From: Methanocaldococcus bathoardescens
Lineage (GTDB): Archaea > AGJL01 > Methanococci > Methanococcales > Methanocaldococcaceae
NCBI RefSeq assembly: GCF_000739065.1
Contig: NZ_CP009149.1
Location: 1,163,311-1,187,310, forward strand
DNA: 24,000 nucleotides
Direction: 5' to 3'
A program made the translations under genes and the position numbers. The notes under the pieces are model-generated. The model was not told the DNA's origin. It ran no database searches and saw only the letters and a list, made by a program, of their open reading frames with translations. Positions 20,954 to 24,000 of the stretch are shown piece after piece; the first letter of the stretch is position 1, and each line of letters starts with the position of its first letter.

Positions 20954-22735
20954 TCAATATCTAACCTCTAAAACTCCTCTATCCCATTCTAAATAATGCC
21001 CTTTCTCTCCAACCTTGGCCAAATTTATTATTGGAACTATTGCAGGTGTAGGGCTAATTCCCATTCTCTTCTGGAAATCTGTTTGCTCTTGGAAAGTCCC
21101 ACTATTAACCATAACAACTCCTCTATAAATCCCATAACCATTAATGTGTATATGTCCAGTGTGTAAGATATCAATATCTCTATCTATAACTAAGTAATCT
21201 TTATGTTCTGGGGCTATTGGACACCTTCCTCCATAAGTTGGACAGAGTAATCTTCTTTTTATCAACTCTCTCATAATAGTTACTGGATTTTCATAGTTTG
21301 CAGTCCTTATTTGTCCGACTAAGTCGTCAAAGCTTCTACCGTGATATAACAAAGTATCAAAGCCGTGTATATTGAGAACACACGGATTTCCAACGAAGTA
21401 AATATTATCTCTATTAAATAACTTTGTTATTTTATCTGGCAATTTTGGTTGAGGTTCTGCTGGTCTAACGGCATCGTGGTTTCCTGGTGAGATGATTATA
21501 CTTATGTGCTCTGGAATTTGCTCTAAATACATTGCTATCTCTTTATACTGCTCAATAACATCTATTTCATACAAATCCTCTTCTTGCCCAGGATAAACAC
21601 CAACTCCATCAACCAAATCTCCAGCAATGCAGATGTATTTTAATCTGCTAACAACTTTTTCTTCTAATTCATTATCAACATCTCCATTTAAAAATCTAAC
21701 AAATTTCTCAAACTCTTTATGTAGAAACTCTTTACTTCCAACGTGAATATCTGATAAAAATGCCATGTATATTTCTTCATCAATTCTTCTTGGTTCTTTT
21801 GGTGGAAATACTGGTCGTATAATTTCATCAACGTATATTGAGCTTCCAGATTTGCTAACAACTCCAATAGCTCCAATAACTTCATCCAATAAAATATCAT
21901 CTGGTAACTGCCCAGTATCAATCTTTTCTTTTGGTAAAATTAATGTTAATTCATCCTCAGTATCTTCAATTCTAACTATTAAACTCCCATTTCTTGCAGT
22001 ATCAACATCACTAACAATTCCTACAACAAAAATATCCTTCTGCCCTTTCATCTTTTTTATATCTTTTAGAGGATAACCTTTTCTTTGAGCCTTTCTTTCA
22101 ATAAATATTTTTAATCTTTCAAATCTGTCTCTAAAGTATTTAACAAAGTCCTCAATAGTTCCAGTGCATGTAGATTTTCCAGAAACATCTGAATCGTCAT
22201 AAATCTCTATTATAGCGTCTATATCCTTAGCTATCCACTTTATTCTGCTACTTACACTTTCTCTTATTTTTGTTATGTTTTCATATCTTTTAGCTCTCTC
22301 AGCATTAAAATCTTCTTTTTTCTCTTCTTTGGAAATTAGTTGTTTTAATTTTTCTTCAACATCTTCATCAGATTTTTTTATAAATTGTTCCTTTTGTTCT
22401 TTTTTTATAAATTCTATTTTTTCTACTTCTTCTTTAATTTTTTCTTCAATTTCTTCTTCTCCTTCTTCAGGTTCTTCTACTTTTTCTTCTTCTCCGGTGT
22501 AGTAAAATATGAAGTCAAAATCCTTATATTCATATATTATTTCATTCAAATCTTTTTGTAAAAAAATTTCTAAGAACTTCTCATCCAACAAAATAAAGGC
22601 ATCGTTGTATTTTTTAAATTCTCCAATTTTTTCAATTAAATTGCTAATTTCACTTTCATTAAAATTTTTCAACTTTTCATAAACAGTTGGTGATAATAAA
22701 ACTTCTAAATCTAAAAATTTATTTATTATTTCCAT
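20954..22735 (-). CDS. dp1: DNA polymerase D (PolII) small subunit DP1, 3'-5' exonuclease
   Basis: Calcineurin-like phosphoesterase motifs LSDIHVGS, AGDLVDG, PGNHD and TGHIH. Acidic/lysine-rich low-complexity linker near residues 80-150. SD AAGGAGGAT lies 5 nt before ATG 22735. Confidence 0.9.
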   Translation of the reverse strand: MEIINKFLDLEVLLSPTVYEKLKNFNESEISNLIEKIGEFKKYNDAFILLDEKFLEIFLQKDLNEIIYEYKDFDFIFYYTGEEEKVEEPEEGEEEIEEKIKEEVEKIEFIKKEQKEQFIKKSDEDVEEKLKQLISKEEKKEDFNAERAKRYENITKIRESVSSRIKWIAKDIDAIIEIYDDSDVSGKSTCTGTIEDFVKYFRDRFERLKIFIERKAQRKGYPLKDIKKMKGQKDIFVVGIVSDVDTARNGSLIVRIEDTEDELTLILPKEKIDTGQLPDDILLDEVIGAIGVVSKSGSSIYVDEIIRPVFPPKEPRRIDEEIYMAFLSDIHVGSKEFLHKEFEKFVRFLNGDVDNELEEKVVSRLKYICIAGDLVDGVGVYPGQEEDLYEIDVIEQYKEIAMYLEQIPEHISIIISPGNHDAVRPAEPQPKLPDKITKLFNRDNIYFVGNPCVLNIHGFDTLLYHGRSFDDLVGQIRTANYENPVTIMRELIKRRLLCPTYGGRCPIAPEHKDYLVIDRDIDILHTGHIHINGYGIYRGVVMVNSGTFQEQTDFQKRMGISPTPAIVPIINLAKVGEKGHYLEWDRGVLEVRY

Positions 22736-23814
22736 TTCTATCCTCCTTTTTCATCTTCTTAAATCTCTCCTTTTTTAGATGTCTATTTATATTATAGCAG
22801 AGATAATCTAAAGGATGAATGATAAATTTCTTTTTACAAATCTCATCTGGTTTGCAGTAATAACTTAATCCTTTCCCTCCATCAGATTGCCAGTTTTTGC
22901 AGTATTCACAATGAGTTATATGGTCAGCTACTTTATAGCCAATATTGTGGCTGATGTAGTATCTCGTCTTCTTCTCATCAAAATCTTCCACGTTCTTAAA
23001 CATCTCAATTATCTCATCAATAAATCTCTCAATTTCCTCCTCAGAAGCTATATCGGTAGCGGGGATATTAACCAACTCTCCCTTATCGTTTAAAGGTCTT
23101 AAATTAGGATTAAATTTAGCACAAAACCAATATACAACAAAACTCCTTCTTGCATAATGAGAAGGGGAACCACCACTTAAAATGTCGTTTAAAATTCCTC
23201 TAATACACGGTGGATGCCATTCTAACGGGATGTTTCCTTTATAGTTTAATGCTTTGATTCCTTCAATTTGTTCATACTTAACTTTATCTTTTAGGTAGTT
23301 GTTAATCTCATTTAATAAATCTTTTATTATATCTTCGTCTGGTAATTTTGCCTGCTTTGCCATGTCTCCAAGTTTTTTTAACTCTACTCTAATAAATTCT
23401 CTTGCGTAAATTTCTTTAACTTCAGTTACATCCACATAACCATTTTCTAAATCTAATCTCTCTAAGTGTAAATCATTATTTCTTGATTTTGAAGCAGTTT
23501 TTATAAACTCCCAAACAGAAATTTTGTTTGGAAGATTTTTTAACACGTCAAATTTTTTCATTTCAGCATAATTTTTTACAAATGCATTGAAATATGGTGT
23601 ATGAGATAAGAGGATAATTAGAAGATAATCAATTAAAGAATCTAACTTATCCCTCTCTAAGTTCTCAAATCTTAAAAAATTCCTCAAATCCAGCTCATAT
23701 TCATTACTTCCTTCAAAGATATATTTTAATTTAGATAATATTAGCAGCTCATAATCTTTCAAAGCTTTTAAAAAATCAATATCCTTAAATTCATCCAAAT
23801 ATTCTAAAAGCATA
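22719..23814 (-). CDS. priL: DNA primase large subunit PriL
   Basis: Hallmark WHPPCIRGIL plus downstream cysteines (FCAKF, HCEYCKNW, YYCKPDEIC) of the Fe-S domain. ATG 23814 is preceded by GTGAT; the track start is a GTG at 23822. The 3' end overlaps the dp1 start by 17 nt. Confidence 0.85.
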
Positions 23815-24000
23815 GCAATCACGTGTTTTTAAAGTTGTTTTCTGATTCAATAATAGCTTTGATGTGTGGATAAGCTAATTTTACATCATTTTCTTTTTCA
23901 ATTTTCTGTAGAATTTTTCTATAAATTTCACTTTTTACTTTAGCCTTTTCATAGGTATTTACTAAATAAACCGCTTTTACATAGATAGAACTTCTGGTTA
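23792..24000 (-). CDS. 3' end of an unidentified upstream gene (start outside window)
   Basis: The minus-strand frame is open from the window edge: ...[68 protein letters not shown]. The stop TGA at 23792-23794 lies 23 nt inside priL. It is absent from the ORF track because no start codon lies in the window. Confidence 0.5.

Overview
Overall this is an ordinary housekeeping region. The window is AT-rich coding DNA interrupted by a strongly GC-rich block of stable-RNA genes about 6 kb long (7.8-13.8 kb). That contrast is typical of a hyperthermophilic Methanococcales genome. Gene content and order match my recollection of Methanocaldococcus jannaschii MJ0701-MJ0719; this is memory, not a search result.

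On the minus strand the RNA block reads: promoter, tRNA-Phe/Asn/Met(CAU)/Glu/Leu/His, 16S, tRNA-Ala, 23S, 5S, and then an RNase P RNA gene with its own promoter.

The flanking protein genes are:
- ABCE1 (partial) and a MoaE-like gene
- a Roadblock / Hmd-paralogue / V4R operon, divergent from hypF-egsA
- a DUF155-like gene
- a MATE transporter and the Trm-G10/Trm11-type tRNA methyltransferase
- tsr3 and rpl40e
- a HisA-like / HMG-CoA reductase / SpoIIM-like operon
- small membrane ORFs
- an overlapping X-priL-dp1 replication operon

I see no CRISPR array, IS element, integrase, toxin-antitoxin pair or recognisable defence system. The items most worth a second look are:
- the Roadblock-Hmd-V4R operon
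- two structured intergenic elements around rpl40e
- a tRNA-Leu gene with C at position 33
- a possibly frameshifted small membrane gene downstream of dp1
- the RNase P RNA gene sitting directly behind its substrate genes

Several ORF-track starts are TTG/GTG-extended. I re-called those starts at ATGs preceded by matches to the anti-Shine-Dalgarno sequence of the 16S 3' end (GGAUCACCUCCU).
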